A stretch of 64,000 nt of DNA. Source: Tepidamorphus sp. (GTDB lineage Bacteria; Pseudomonadota; Alphaproteobacteria; Rhizobiales; Tepidamorphaceae). Positions 48,770-58,737 of this stretch are shown one piece after another; position 1 is the stretch's first letter, and each line of letters starts with the position of its first letter. Location of the stretch: positions 7-64,006 of the forward strand of contig JANQKY010000114.1 in the NCBI GenBank assembly GCA_028280885.1. The letters are read 5' to 3'. The notes below the pieces were generated by a model. The model made no database searches, was not told the origin of the DNA, and saw only the letters and a program-made list of their open reading frames with translations. The position numbers and the translations under genes are program-made.

Positions 48770-49633
48770 GTGAAACCGCCGCTCTTCGACTACGCAAGCC
48801 CGGAAACGATCGCCGACGCGGTTTCGGCGCTGTCGTCCAATCCCGGCGCCATGGTGCTGGCCGGCGGGCAGAGCCTCGTGCCGGCGATGAATTTCCGCCT
48901 GGCGAGCCCCAGCGTTCTGGTCGACCTGCAGCGCATCCCCGGCCTCGATACGATTTCCATCGACGATGGCGTGATCCGGGTCGGTGCGATGGTCCGCCAC
49001 CGCGATCTGGAGCTGGACGACGCGGTCAATGCGGTCCACCCGCTGATCCGCGAGGTGATGGCCCATGTCGCCCACGTGCCGATCCGCAATCGCGGCACGG
49101 TGGTGGGCAGCCTGTGCCACGCCGATGCCGCCGCCGAAATGCCGCTGCTACTGGTGCTGACCGACGGCGCGGTCAAGGCGGTCGGCCCGAAGGGCGAGCG
49201 GATCATCGCCGCGCGTGACCTGTTCCAGTTCCACATGACGACGACGCGCGACGCCGACGAGATCGTCACCGAGGCGCATTTCCCGGTTCCCGGCACGGGC
49301 GCCGGCCTCGCCTTCGATGAATTCGCCAGGCGCCACGGCGACTACGCCATCGCCGCGATCGGCGCTCTTATCGAAAAGAATGGCGACGGCACCGTCTCGC
49401 GCGCAGCCCTTGCCGCCTGCGGCATCGGCGATCGTCCGACACGGCTTGCCGCCTCCGAGGCCGCGCTCACCGGCACCCGTCTTGACGACGCCGACCTCGA
49501 GGCGGCGGTCAGGGCCGCGCGGGACGAGATCACCGCGCCCGACGACATGCACGCCACCAACGCCTATCGGAAACATCTGACCGGCGCCTTGATCAAGCGG
49601 GTCGTCGCGGCGGCGGCCGCGCGCGCGAAATAG
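48770..49633 (+). CDS. Xanthine-dehydrogenase-family FAD subunit (CoxM/KdhA-like)
   Basis: MKPPLFDY, LAGGQSL, IRNRGTVVGS, EFARRHGDYA. Confidence 0.9.
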   Translation: MKPPLFDYASPETIADAVSALSSNPGAMVLAGGQSLVPAMNFRLASPSVLVDLQRIPGLDTISIDDGVIRVGAMVRHRDLELDDAVNAVHPLIREVMAHVAHVPIRNRGTVVGSLCHADAAAEMPLLLVLTDGAVKAVGPKGERIIAARDLFQFHMTTTRDADEIVTEAHFPVPGTGAGLAFDEFARRHGDYAIAAIGALIEKNGDGTVSRAALAACGIGDRPTRLAASEAALTGTRLDDADLEAAVRAARDEITAPDDMHATNAYRKHLTGALIKRVVAAAAARAK

Positions 49634-49642
49634 GGAAACGTC

Positions 49643-50194
49643 ATGACCCAACGTGTCGCAAACGTCCCCGTCAACGCGGTTTCGCCGGATCCGACCGCAA
49701 CGGTCCGCTTGCACGTCAACGGCGAAGAGGTGGAACGGACCGTCAGCGTGCGGATGCTGCTGTCGGATTTCCTGCGCCATGAACTCGGCCTGACCGGGAC
49801 CCATGTCGGCTGCGAGCACGGCGTCTGCGGCGCCTGCACCGTGATGATCGACGGCCGCGCCGGGCGCTCCTGCCTGACGCTGGCCGTCCAGGCGAACGGG
49901 CACGAGATCCGCACCGTCGAATCGCTGGCCGGCCCGGAGGGGGACCTGCATCCGGTGCAGGAAGCCTTCAAGGACTGCCACGCCCTGCAATGCGGCTACT
50001 GCACGCCGGGCATGATCATGAACGTCGTCTCCCACCTGGAGGCCGACGGCGACCTCGATCTGACCGACGAGGGCATCCGGGACATGCTGTCGGGCAATCT
50101 GTGCCGCTGCACCGGCTATCTCAACATCGTCAGCGCCGTCCGGCGGGCGGCCGAATTGACCGAACAGTCCCATACCGAGCAGGCGGGAGGCTGA
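49643..50194 (+). CDS. 2x[2Fe-2S] subunit (CoxS-like)
   Basis: [12 protein letters not shown] and [11 protein letters not shown]. Confidence 0.93.
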   Translation: MTQRVANVPVNAVSPDPTATVRLHVNGEEVERTVSVRMLLSDFLRHELGLTGTHVGCEHGVCGACTVMIDGRAGRSCLTLAVQANGHEIRTVESLAGPEGDLHPVQEAFKDCHALQCGYCTPGMIMNVVSHLEADGDLDLTDEGIRDMLSGNLCRCTGYLNIVSAVRRAAELTEQSHTEQAGG

Positions 50195-50201
50195 GGCGAC
50201 C

Positions 50202-52589
50202 ATGTCGACACGCGCATTCGGATCCCGCGTCAACCGCAACATCGATTCAAGGCTGCTGCGCGGCCAGGGCGCCTATGTCGACGACATTCCGCTGCCCGGC
50301 GCGCTGCATGTCGCCTTCGTGCGCAGCCCCTTCGCCCGGGCCCGCATCACCCGCATCGATACCGCTGAAGCCGAGGCCTGTCCGGGCGTCGCTGCCGTCT
50401 ACACATGCGACACGATCGGCCATCTCGACATTGAGATGCCGCTGCTGATCCCGCACGGCTCGATGGACAATCCGCGCACCCAGCGCCCGCTTGCCCGCGA
50501 CGACGTCTACTATGTCGGGCAGACGGTCGCGATGGTCGTCGCAACCGACCGCTATACCGCCGAGGACGCAGCGCTGCTGGTCGATGTCGACTACGAGCCG
50601 CTCGAGGTCGAGACCGATATCGAGAAGGCCGTCGAGGACGGCGCGCCGCTGGTCCATCCGACCAATCCGAACAATGTCGCGGCGCACTTCGTCCAGGTCA
50701 GCGGCGATCCGCAGTCCGCCTATGGCGAGGCCGAGCACGTCACCCGCATCCGGGTCCAGGTCGACCGGTCGACGGCCGCGCCGATGGAATGCCGGGCCGT
50801 GGCCGCCCGCTATGACCGGGTGACCGGCGAGTTGACCGTCTGGGACGGTACCCAGGCGCCGATCTCGGTGCGCGGCGGTCTCGCCTCGATTTTCCGCATC
50901 GACGAGGACAAGGTGCGGGTGATCGCGCCCGATGTCGGCGGCGGCTTCGGGCAGAAGGTGCTGCTGTTCTATCCCGACGAACTGCTGGTGCCGATGGCGG
51001 CGATGAAACTCGGCCGGCCGGTGAAATATATCGAGGACCGGCGCGAGAACTTCATCGGCTCGTCGCAGGAACGCACCCAGATCCATTTCATCGAGCTGCA
51101 TGCGAAGAAATCCGGCGAGATCGTCGCGCTGAAGGACTTCTTCCTGCACGATACCGGCGCCTTCATCCCCTACGGCATCGCCGTTGCCCAGGTCGCCTCG
51201 ACCTCGATCGCCGGCCCCTACCGGATCCGCAACATCGAGGTCGAGTTCAAGGCGGTCTACACGCCGACCGTGCCGGTGACGCCCTATCGCGGCTGCGGTC
51301 GGCCGCAGGCCTGCTTCGCGATCGAACGGGCGATGGACCAGCTTGCCGACGATCTCGGCCTCGACCGCTTCGAGGTGCGCCGCCGCAACCTCGTCCGCGA
51401 CGACGAATTCCCCTTCCATCGCGAGGGGCTGCTGTTCGCCGACGGCCTGCGCGTCAGCCTCGACAGCGGCCAGTATCTGAAGGCGCTCGCCATGGTCGAG
51501 GAGGCGCTCGATCCTGCGTCCTTCGCAGCCGAGCAGGAGGAAGCCCGCCGCGCGGGCAAGCATCTCGGCCTCGGCCTTGCCTTCTATGTCGAGGGAACCG
51601 GCCTCGGCCCCTATGAGGGCGGCCATATCAAGATCCATCCGATCACCGGCAAGGTCTATGTGAATACCGGCCTGACCACCCAGGGCCAGGGGCACGACAC
51701 GGTGTTCGCCCAGATCGTCGCCGACGAGCTTGGCTGCGCGGTGGAAGACGTGATCATGGTCGAGGGCGACACCAAGGCCTTCGACTGGGGCGTCGCCACT
51801 TTCGCAAGCCGGGCCGCCGTGGTCTCCGGCAACGCCATCTACAAGACCGCGAAGATCGTCCGCGACAAGACGATCACCGCCGCCGCCAACATGCTGGAGG
51901 CGGAAGCCTCCGATATCGAGTTGCGCGACGGCGCCGCCTGGATCGCCGGCACCGATCGCAAGGTGCCGCTGGCGGCGATCGCGACCGCGACCAACCCGCT
52001 GCGCTACGCCTTCAACGAGGCGGCCCAGGCGGCGACCCAGTTCGCGCCCGCAAGCCGGCACGACGGTCCGCCGCTCGACGACGGACAGCATCCGGGCCTG
52101 GAGGCGACCGACTATTTCAGCCCCGAATGCGCGACCTGGTCCTATGGCGTGCACGGCGCGATTGTCGAGGTCGACCCGGCGACCTGCCAAGTCCGGATCC
52201 GCAAATATATCTGCATCCACGACTGCGGCAACATGATCAACCCGACGATCGTCGAGGGTCAGGTGATGGGCGGCATCGCGCAGGGGCTGGGCGGGGCGCT
52301 CTACGAGCGCGTCGAATATGACGAGGACGGCAATCCGAGCAACGCCAATTTCGTCGACTTCCTGATGCCCTATGCGACCGAGATGCCGAATGTCGAGATC
52401 CTGCATCTGGAAACGCCCTCGCCGCTCAATCCGCTCGGCGTGAAGGGGGTGGGCGAGGCGGGATGCATCGCGGTCGGCGCCACGGTTGCCTCCGGCGTCG
52501 AGGACGCGCTGCGGCCGCTGGGGGGCGGTCCGTTCCGCCATACGCCGATCACGCCGAGCATGATTCACCAGGCCTTCGAGACGGCCTGA
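50202..52589 (+). CDS. Molybdopterin large subunit of a xanthine-oxidase-family hydroxylase (not form I CO dehydrogenase)
   Basis: DVGGGFGQK, active-site loop PYRGCGR, QGQGH, DCG..INP, KGVGEAG catalytic Glu. Confidence 0.88.
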   Translation: MSTRAFGSRVNRNIDSRLLRGQGAYVDDIPLPGALHVAFVRSPFARARITRIDTAEAEACPGVAAVYTCDTIGHLDIEMPLLIPHGSMDNPRTQRPLARDDVYYVGQTVAMVVATDRYTAEDAALLVDVDYEPLEVETDIEKAVEDGAPLVHPTNPNNVAAHFVQVSGDPQSAYGEAEHVTRIRVQVDRSTAAPMECRAVAARYDRVTGELTVWDGTQAPISVRGGLASIFRIDEDKVRVIAPDVGGGFGQKVLLFYPDELLVPMAAMKLGRPVKYIEDRRENFIGSSQERTQIHFIELHAKKSGEIVALKDFFLHDTGAFIPYGIAVAQVASTSIAGPYRIRNIEVEFKAVYTPTVPVTPYRGCGRPQACFAIERAMDQLADDLGLDRFEVRRRNLVRDDEFPFHREGLLFADGLRVSLDSGQYLKALAMVEEALDPASFAAEQEEARRAGKHLGLGLAFYVEGTGLGPYEGGHIKIHPITGKVYVNTGLTTQGQGHDTVFAQIVADELGCAVEDVIMVEGDTKAFDWGVATFASRAAVVSGNAIYKTAKIVRDKTITAAANMLEAEASDIELRDGAAWIAGTDRKVPLAAIATATNPLRYAFNEAAQAATQFAPASRHDGPPLDDGQHPGLEATDYFSPECATWSYGVHGAIVEVDPATCQVRIRKYICIHDCGNMINPTIVEGQVMGGIAQGLGGALYERVEYDEDGNPSNANFVDFLMPYATEMPNVEILHLETPSPLNPLGVKGVGEAGCIAVGATVASGVEDALRPLGGGPFRHTPITPSMIHQAFETA

Positions 52590-52769
52590 TCGGGGCCGCG
52601 ACGCGGCCCGGGAGTATGAGATCTGGGAGGATGAGACCCGGGAGGGTCAGGACCACGGAGCACCGACAGAAGATCGGGAGAGACAAAGAGCAGCGCAAAG
52701 GCGGAGGACCAACAACCGTCCAGGCGAAAAACGACCCGGTCGGAACCGGACAACACAGAGGATGGGACC

Positions 52770-53852
52770 ATGAAAAGACTTCTTGCCACTGCGATGACGG
52801 CCGCGCTCGCGGTCGGTGGCGTTACCGGCGCCGCCACGGCGTCCGGGTTCAAGCTCGACGGCGACCCGAAGCCGGCGATGATCATCTTTTCCCAGAAGAA
52901 TGACGGCGGCTGGAGCCAGGCGCTGGACGAGGCGCGCCAGAAGCTGGAGACCTCGCTCGACATGCGGATCCCCGTCGTCGAGAACATTCCCGAGAACGCC
53001 ACCTCGATCCGGCCGGCCGTCGAACTGTTCATCGACCGCGGCCACAACATCATTCTGGGATCGGCATTCGGCTATTCTGACACCTTCAAGGAACTGGCGG
53101 AGAAATATCCGAACGTCCTGTTCCTCAATCCCGCCGGCATCACCAACGGCGACAACCTGAAGTCCTATTACGGCCGGACCTATGAGAGCCAGTATCTGTG
53201 CGGCATGGCCGCCGGCGCGATCTCCAAGACCGGCAAGCTCGGTTTCGTCGCCGCCAACCCGTTCGGCCTGGTCAACTGGACCGTCAACGCCTATGCGCTC
53301 GGCGCCCAGGCGGTGAACCCGGACGCGACGGTCACCGCGATCTATACCGGTGCCTGGAACGATCCGGTCAAGGAACGCGCCGCCGCCGAGGCGCTGGTCG
53401 AGCAGGGCGTCGACGTGATCGGCCAGCATGTCGATACGCCGACGCCGCAGATCGTCGCCAAGGAAAAGGGCATCCACGGCACCGGCCATCACCGCGACCT
53501 GTCGGAATTCTCCGATGCGACGCAGTGCTCCTCCGTCTGGGTCTGGGACCGCTTCCTAGGCCCTGAAATCGAAAAGATCGCCGCCGGCGAATTCGAGCCC
53601 GCCCCCTATGGCGCCTTCCTGTCGATCGCCGAGGGCGGCACCGACATCGCCTGCTGCGGCGACGCGGTCTCCGAGGCCGACAAGGCCAAGATCATGGAGG
53701 CCCGCCAGGCGATCCTTGACGGCAAGCATGTCTTTGCCGGACCCTTGAACGATCGCGACGGCACGGAACGGGTCGCCGCCGGCGCGGTTCTGGGCGATGG
53801 CGATCTCTGGAACATGGACTGGTTCGTCGACGGTGTCATTACACAGCAGTAA
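52770..53852 (+). CDS. BMP-family (nucleoside-type) ABC substrate-binding protein
   Basis: Signal peptide; NDGGWSQA, AFGY, YLCGMAAG, NAYALGA, WNDPVKE, QHVDT. Confidence 0.88.
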   Translation: MKRLLATAMTAALAVGGVTGAATASGFKLDGDPKPAMIIFSQKNDGGWSQALDEARQKLETSLDMRIPVVENIPENATSIRPAVELFIDRGHNIILGSAFGYSDTFKELAEKYPNVLFLNPAGITNGDNLKSYYGRTYESQYLCGMAAGAISKTGKLGFVAANPFGLVNWTVNAYALGAQAVNPDATVTAIYTGAWNDPVKERAAAEALVEQGVDVIGQHVDTPTPQIVAKEKGIHGTGHHRDLSEFSDATQCSSVWVWDRFLGPEIEKIAAGEFEPAPYGAFLSIAEGGTDIACCGDAVSEADKAKIMEARQAILDGKHVFAGPLNDRDGTERVAAGAVLGDGDLWNMDWFVDGVITQQ

Positions 53853-53912
53853 AAGCGAAATGGGGGGCCGCGTGCTTGCCGCGCGCGGCCCTTGCCGTTC
53901 TTAGAGCAAGCC

Positions 53913-55427
53913 GTGACCGATCCGTCCGGCACCGCACTGGCACTCGATGCCATCACCAAGACCTTCGACGGCTTTCGCGCGCTCGATGCGGCCCATGTGT
54001 CGGTGCGGCGCGGCGAGGTGCACGCGCTGCTCGGCGAAAACGGCGCCGGCAAGTCGAGCCTGATGAACGTCGCCGCCGGCCTCTATGCGCCCGACAGCGG
54101 CCGCATCCTGCTTGATGGCACCGAGGTCACGATCGACGGCCCGCTCGATGCCCGCACGCACGGCATCGGCATGGTGCATCAGCACTACAAGCTGGTGAAG
54201 CCGTTCAACGCGATCGAGAACATCCTGCTGTCCGATCCGGGCGAACGCTATGGCGCGGCCATCGACGCGCTGACCGCCAGGGTGCGCGAGGTCGCCGACG
54301 AGCTTGGCTTCGAGCTCGACGTCACCAAACCCGTCGGCACCCTGTCGATCGCCGAACAGCAGCGCGTCGAGATCCTGAAAGTCCTCGTCGGCGGCGCCTG
54401 GATCCTGATCCTCGACGAGCCGACGGCGGTGCTGACCGATGCCGAGGGCGCCCGGCTGCTCGAAACGGTGCGCGCGCTCGCCAAGGGCGGCCATTCCGTC
54501 GTCCTGGTGACGCACAAGCTGAATGAGGCGATCGACTATTGCGACCGGATCACCGTTATGCGGGGCGGCCGCACGGTCGATACGGTCGAGGCGAAGGGCA
54601 TCAGCCAGTCCGACCTGACCACCATGATCGTCGGCGCCGACGTGCACGAGCAGCGCGCGCCGTCGCAGTCGATCGGCGCGCCGGTCCTGCAGGTCGCCGG
54701 ATTGCGGGCCGCCCGCGGCGACGGCCACATCGCGGTCAGGGACGCCAATTTCGAGGTGCGGTCCGGCGAGATCTACGGCATCGCCGGTGTCGGCGGCAAC
54801 GGCCAGACCGAACTGTCCGACGCCCTGTCCGGCCTGACCCGGAGCCTGGCCGGCATCGTGACGCTGGGCGGGACGACCGACATCACCGATGCGTCGGCGG
54901 AGGAGCGGCGCGAGAACGGCCTGGCCGCGATCCCCGCCGACCGCCATTCCAAGGCGCTGTCGGGGACCTTGAGCGTCGCCGACAATTTCGCCGTCGGCGG
55001 CGTCCTGCGCGGCCGCTTCGGCTCCTGGCTGCGGGTCCGGCGGCGGGAGCTAGAACAGGCCGCCGGCGAGGCGGTCGAAGCCTTCGACGTGCAGGGCGTG
55101 CGCTCGCTCAAGCAGCGCGCCGCGCTCTTGTCCGGCGGCAACGCCCAGAAGCTGGTGATCGCGCGCGAGTTTTCCGGGTCGCCCCGGCTGATCGTCGCCC
55201 ACAGCCCGGCGCGCGGGCTCGATCTGCGCGCCTCGGCCGCCGTGCACGAGCGTTTGCGGTCCGCCCGGGACGCAGGCGCCGGTGTCCTGTTGATCAGCGA
55301 GGATCTCGATGAGATCCTGCTGTTGTGCGACCGTATCGGGGTGATGACGCGCGGCCAGATCGTGGCCGAGTTCGATGCCCCGTTTGACCGCCAGTCCGTA
55401 GGCGAGGCGATGATCGGCCATGGCTGA
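53913..55427 (+). CDS. CUT2/nucleoside ABC ATP-binding protein (two NBD halves)
   Basis: LLGENGAGKS, LILDEPT, VTHKL, GVGGNGQ, LSGGNAQK; TTG at 53892 is an alternative start. Confidence 0.92.
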   Translation: MTDPSGTALALDAITKTFDGFRALDAAHVSVRRGEVHALLGENGAGKSSLMNVAAGLYAPDSGRILLDGTEVTIDGPLDARTHGIGMVHQHYKLVKPFNAIENILLSDPGERYGAAIDALTARVREVADELGFELDVTKPVGTLSIAEQQRVEILKVLVGGAWILILDEPTAVLTDAEGARLLETVRALAKGGHSVVLVTHKLNEAIDYCDRITVMRGGRTVDTVEAKGISQSDLTTMIVGADVHEQRAPSQSIGAPVLQVAGLRAARGDGHIAVRDANFEVRSGEIYGIAGVGGNGQTELSDALSGLTRSLAGIVTLGGTTDITDASAEERRENGLAAIPADRHSKALSGTLSVADNFAVGGVLRGRFGSWLRVRRRELEQAAGEAVEAFDVQGVRSLKQRAALLSGGNAQKLVIAREFSGSPRLIVAHSPARGLDLRASAAVHERLRSARDAGAGVLLISEDLDEILLLCDRIGVMTRGQIVAEFDAPFDRQSVGEAMIGHG

Positions 55428-56529
55428 CGAGACCGCCGGCATGGCCGGACCGCCCAAGGCGCACGGGCTGCACCGCTTCCGGCCGCGCCTGGAAATGCGT
55501 CAGACCACGTCGGGCCTGCGCACCGCGGCGATGATCGCGGCCGGCCTGGCGGTGGGGCTCGGCCTGTCGGCGCTGATCCTGGTCGCCTCCGGGGTTCGGC
55601 CCGGCGATCTTGTCAACGAGTTCATCGTCCAGATCTTCGCAAGCCCGAAGAACATTTCGGCGGTGCTGGTGCAGGCCGCGCCGATGATCATCGTCGGCCT
55701 GTCCGCCTCGATCGCCTTCAAGGCGCGGTTCTGGAACATCGGCATCGAGGGCCAGATGATCTTCGGCGCGATCGGCGCCACCCTGGTCGCGACCTTCGAT
55801 ATCGGGCCGGAAGGACTGCGCCTGCCGCTGATGGCGCTTGCCGCGGCGCTCGGCGGCATCGCCTGGATTGCCCTGCCGGCCGTGTTGAAGCTCAGGCTCG
55901 GCGTCAACGAGATCATCTCCACCCTGCTGCTCAATTACGTCGCGCTCAACTTCCTCCTGCATCTGCTCTATGGCCCCTGGCAGGACCCGGTCAGCGCGTT
56001 CCCCCATTCCGAGCAGTTCGAGGAGACCGAGCGCCTGGCAGCGCTTGGCTGGCAGAGCCTCAACGCCTCGCTGATCGTGGCGCTCGCCCTGACCGTTCTC
56101 GTGACGGTGGCGCTGACGGCGAGCCGGGTCGGCTATCTTCTGAATTTCGTCCACACCAACGCCACCATGGCGCGGGCGGTCGGCGTGCCGGTCGTGCTTT
56201 TGACCCTTGCCGCAGCCCTCGGTTCGGGCGCGCTGTCGGGCCTCGCCGGCTTCACCATCAGCGCCGGCATCGAATACCGGATGACCCAGTCCTTCTTCAT
56301 CGGCTACGGGTTTTCCGGCATCCTGATCGCCTTCCTGGCCCGCAACAACCCGATCGGCGCGACGATCGTCGCCCTGTTCGTCGCCGTCCTGATGGTCGCC
56401 GGCCAGAGCCTGCAGGTGTTCTACCAGATCCCCTTCGCCATGGTGCAGCTCATCCAGGCGATCATCGTGATCTGCGTCGCGGCCTCGGACTTCTTCATCC
56501 GCCACCGCGTGCAATGGCTGACGGGGTAG
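55420..56529 (+). CDS. Nucleoside-type ABC permease
   Basis: WNIGIEGQ, VNEIISTLLLNY, GYGFSGILIAFLARNNP. Confidence 0.9.
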   Translation: MADETAGMAGPPKAHGLHRFRPRLEMRQTTSGLRTAAMIAAGLAVGLGLSALILVASGVRPGDLVNEFIVQIFASPKNISAVLVQAAPMIIVGLSASIAFKARFWNIGIEGQMIFGAIGATLVATFDIGPEGLRLPLMALAAALGGIAWIALPAVLKLRLGVNEIISTLLLNYVALNFLLHLLYGPWQDPVSAFPHSEQFEETERLAALGWQSLNASLIVALALTVLVTVALTASRVGYLLNFVHTNATMARAVGVPVVLLTLAAALGSGALSGLAGFTISAGIEYRMTQSFFIGYGFSGILIAFLARNNPIGATIVALFVAVLMVAGQSLQVFYQIPFAMVQLIQAIIVICVAASDFFIRHRVQWLTG

Positions 56530-56535
56530 GCGACG

Positions 56536-57471
<936 letters not shown>

Positions 57472-57554
57472 CGCGGCCGGCCATCGAATGATGGTTGTCA
57501 GAGCACCCGTTCGCCTGCAAACATCGCGGCGGAACACCGACAGGTGAGCAAGCG

Positions 57555-58688
57555 ATGGGCGATACGGCGGTAGGCGATACGGGGACGACCATGCCCCTGA
57601 CGGTGCGGATGCGCCGCTCGCCGTTCTGGGCCCGCAGCCACGCCGCCGGCGCCAAGGGCTATATCGTCTACAACAACATGCTGCTGGCGACGAATTTCGC
57701 CAGCCCGGAAGAGGACTACCGCCACCTCAAGGCGGCCGTGCAGGTCTGGGACGTCGGCTGTGAGCGGCAGATCGAGATCGCCGGTCCGGATGCCGCCCGG
57801 CTTGTGCAGATGTCGACGCCGCGCGATCTCGCGAAACTGCGCGACGACCAGTGTTTCTACATCCCCACCGTCGATCGCGACGGCGGCATGACCAACGATC
57901 CGGTCCTGCTGCGCGTCGACGAGGACCGCTACTGGATCTCGATCGCCTCCAGCGACCTGATGCTGTTCTACAAGGGCATCGCCGCGGCCCTCAACCTCGA
58001 TGTGTCGATCCGCGAGCCCGACGTCGCGCCGCTTGCGATCCAGGGGCCGAAGGCCGACGATCTCGCCCGCCGGATCTGGGGCGACCAGGTCCTCGACATC
58101 CGCTTCTTCCGCCACCGCCGTGTCGACGTCAACGGCACGGCGATGATCCTCGCCCGGTCGGGCTACTCTGTTCAGGGCGGCTACGAACTCTATTTCGAGG
58201 GCATCGACGGCGGTGATGTTCTGTGGGATCAGTTGATGGAAGCGGGCCGGGATCTCGATGTGCGCGCCGGCTCGCCCTGTCTTGCCGAACGGGTCGAGGC
58301 CGGCTTGCTGTCCTATTTGAGCGACATCACCCGGGACATGACCCCGTTCGAGGCCGGGCTCGGCCGGATGTGCGATATCGACCGTGACACCGGCTGCCTG
58401 GGCCTTGCAGCGCTGCGTGCCAGACGCGCGCCGCAGCGCCAGGTCAGACCCGTCGAAATCGCCGGCGAGCCGCTGCCGCCGCAGGGCACGTTCTGGCCGG
58501 TCACCGCGGGGGAGCGGCCGGTCGGGCGCATCTCGTCGTCCGCCCGCGCCTACGACTTCGGCGTCAACGCATCGATCGGGCTGATCGATCGCAGCCATTG
58601 GGATCCGGGCACGGCACTCACCGTGCACACCTCCGCCGGCCCGCGCGAGGGGATCGTCAAGGAAAGATTCTGGGGCCGAAAGGCATGA
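57555..58688 (+). CDS. THF-dependent demethylase of the GcvT family, DmdA (DMSP demethylase)-like
   Basis: GYIVYNNMLL, HLK..VQVWDVGCERQ, DDQCFYIPTVD..GGM.NDPV, QGP.ADDL, IRFFR, DRSHW.PG align with recalled Roseobacter DmdA; alternative ATG at 57591. Confidence 0.75.
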   Translation: MGDTAVGDTGTTMPLTVRMRRSPFWARSHAAGAKGYIVYNNMLLATNFASPEEDYRHLKAAVQVWDVGCERQIEIAGPDAARLVQMSTPRDLAKLRDDQCFYIPTVDRDGGMTNDPVLLRVDEDRYWISIASSDLMLFYKGIAAALNLDVSIREPDVAPLAIQGPKADDLARRIWGDQVLDIRFFRHRRVDVNGTAMILARSGYSVQGGYELYFEGIDGGDVLWDQLMEAGRDLDVRAGSPCLAERVEAGLLSYLSDITRDMTPFEAGLGRMCDIDRDTGCLGLAALRARRAPQRQVRPVEIAGEPLPPQGTFWPVTAGERPVGRISSSARAYDFGVNASIGLIDRSHWDPGTALTVHTSAGPREGIVKERFWGRKA

Positions 58689-58737
58689 CGGCTGTGCCTT
58701 ACGGGCGGGCTCGCCAAAAACAGGAAAGACCGGTGCG

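Noticed and set aside
48770-52589. Aerobic CO dehydrogenase (coxMSL with coxG)
   Set aside because: Lacks the AYRCSFR form I motif and coxDEF; the context points to heterocycle catabolism.
52609-52655. Three imperfect ~15-bp GGGAG..TGAGA repeats before the BMP gene
   Set aside because: Short, degenerate and without spacers; not CRISPR-like and no function can be supported.
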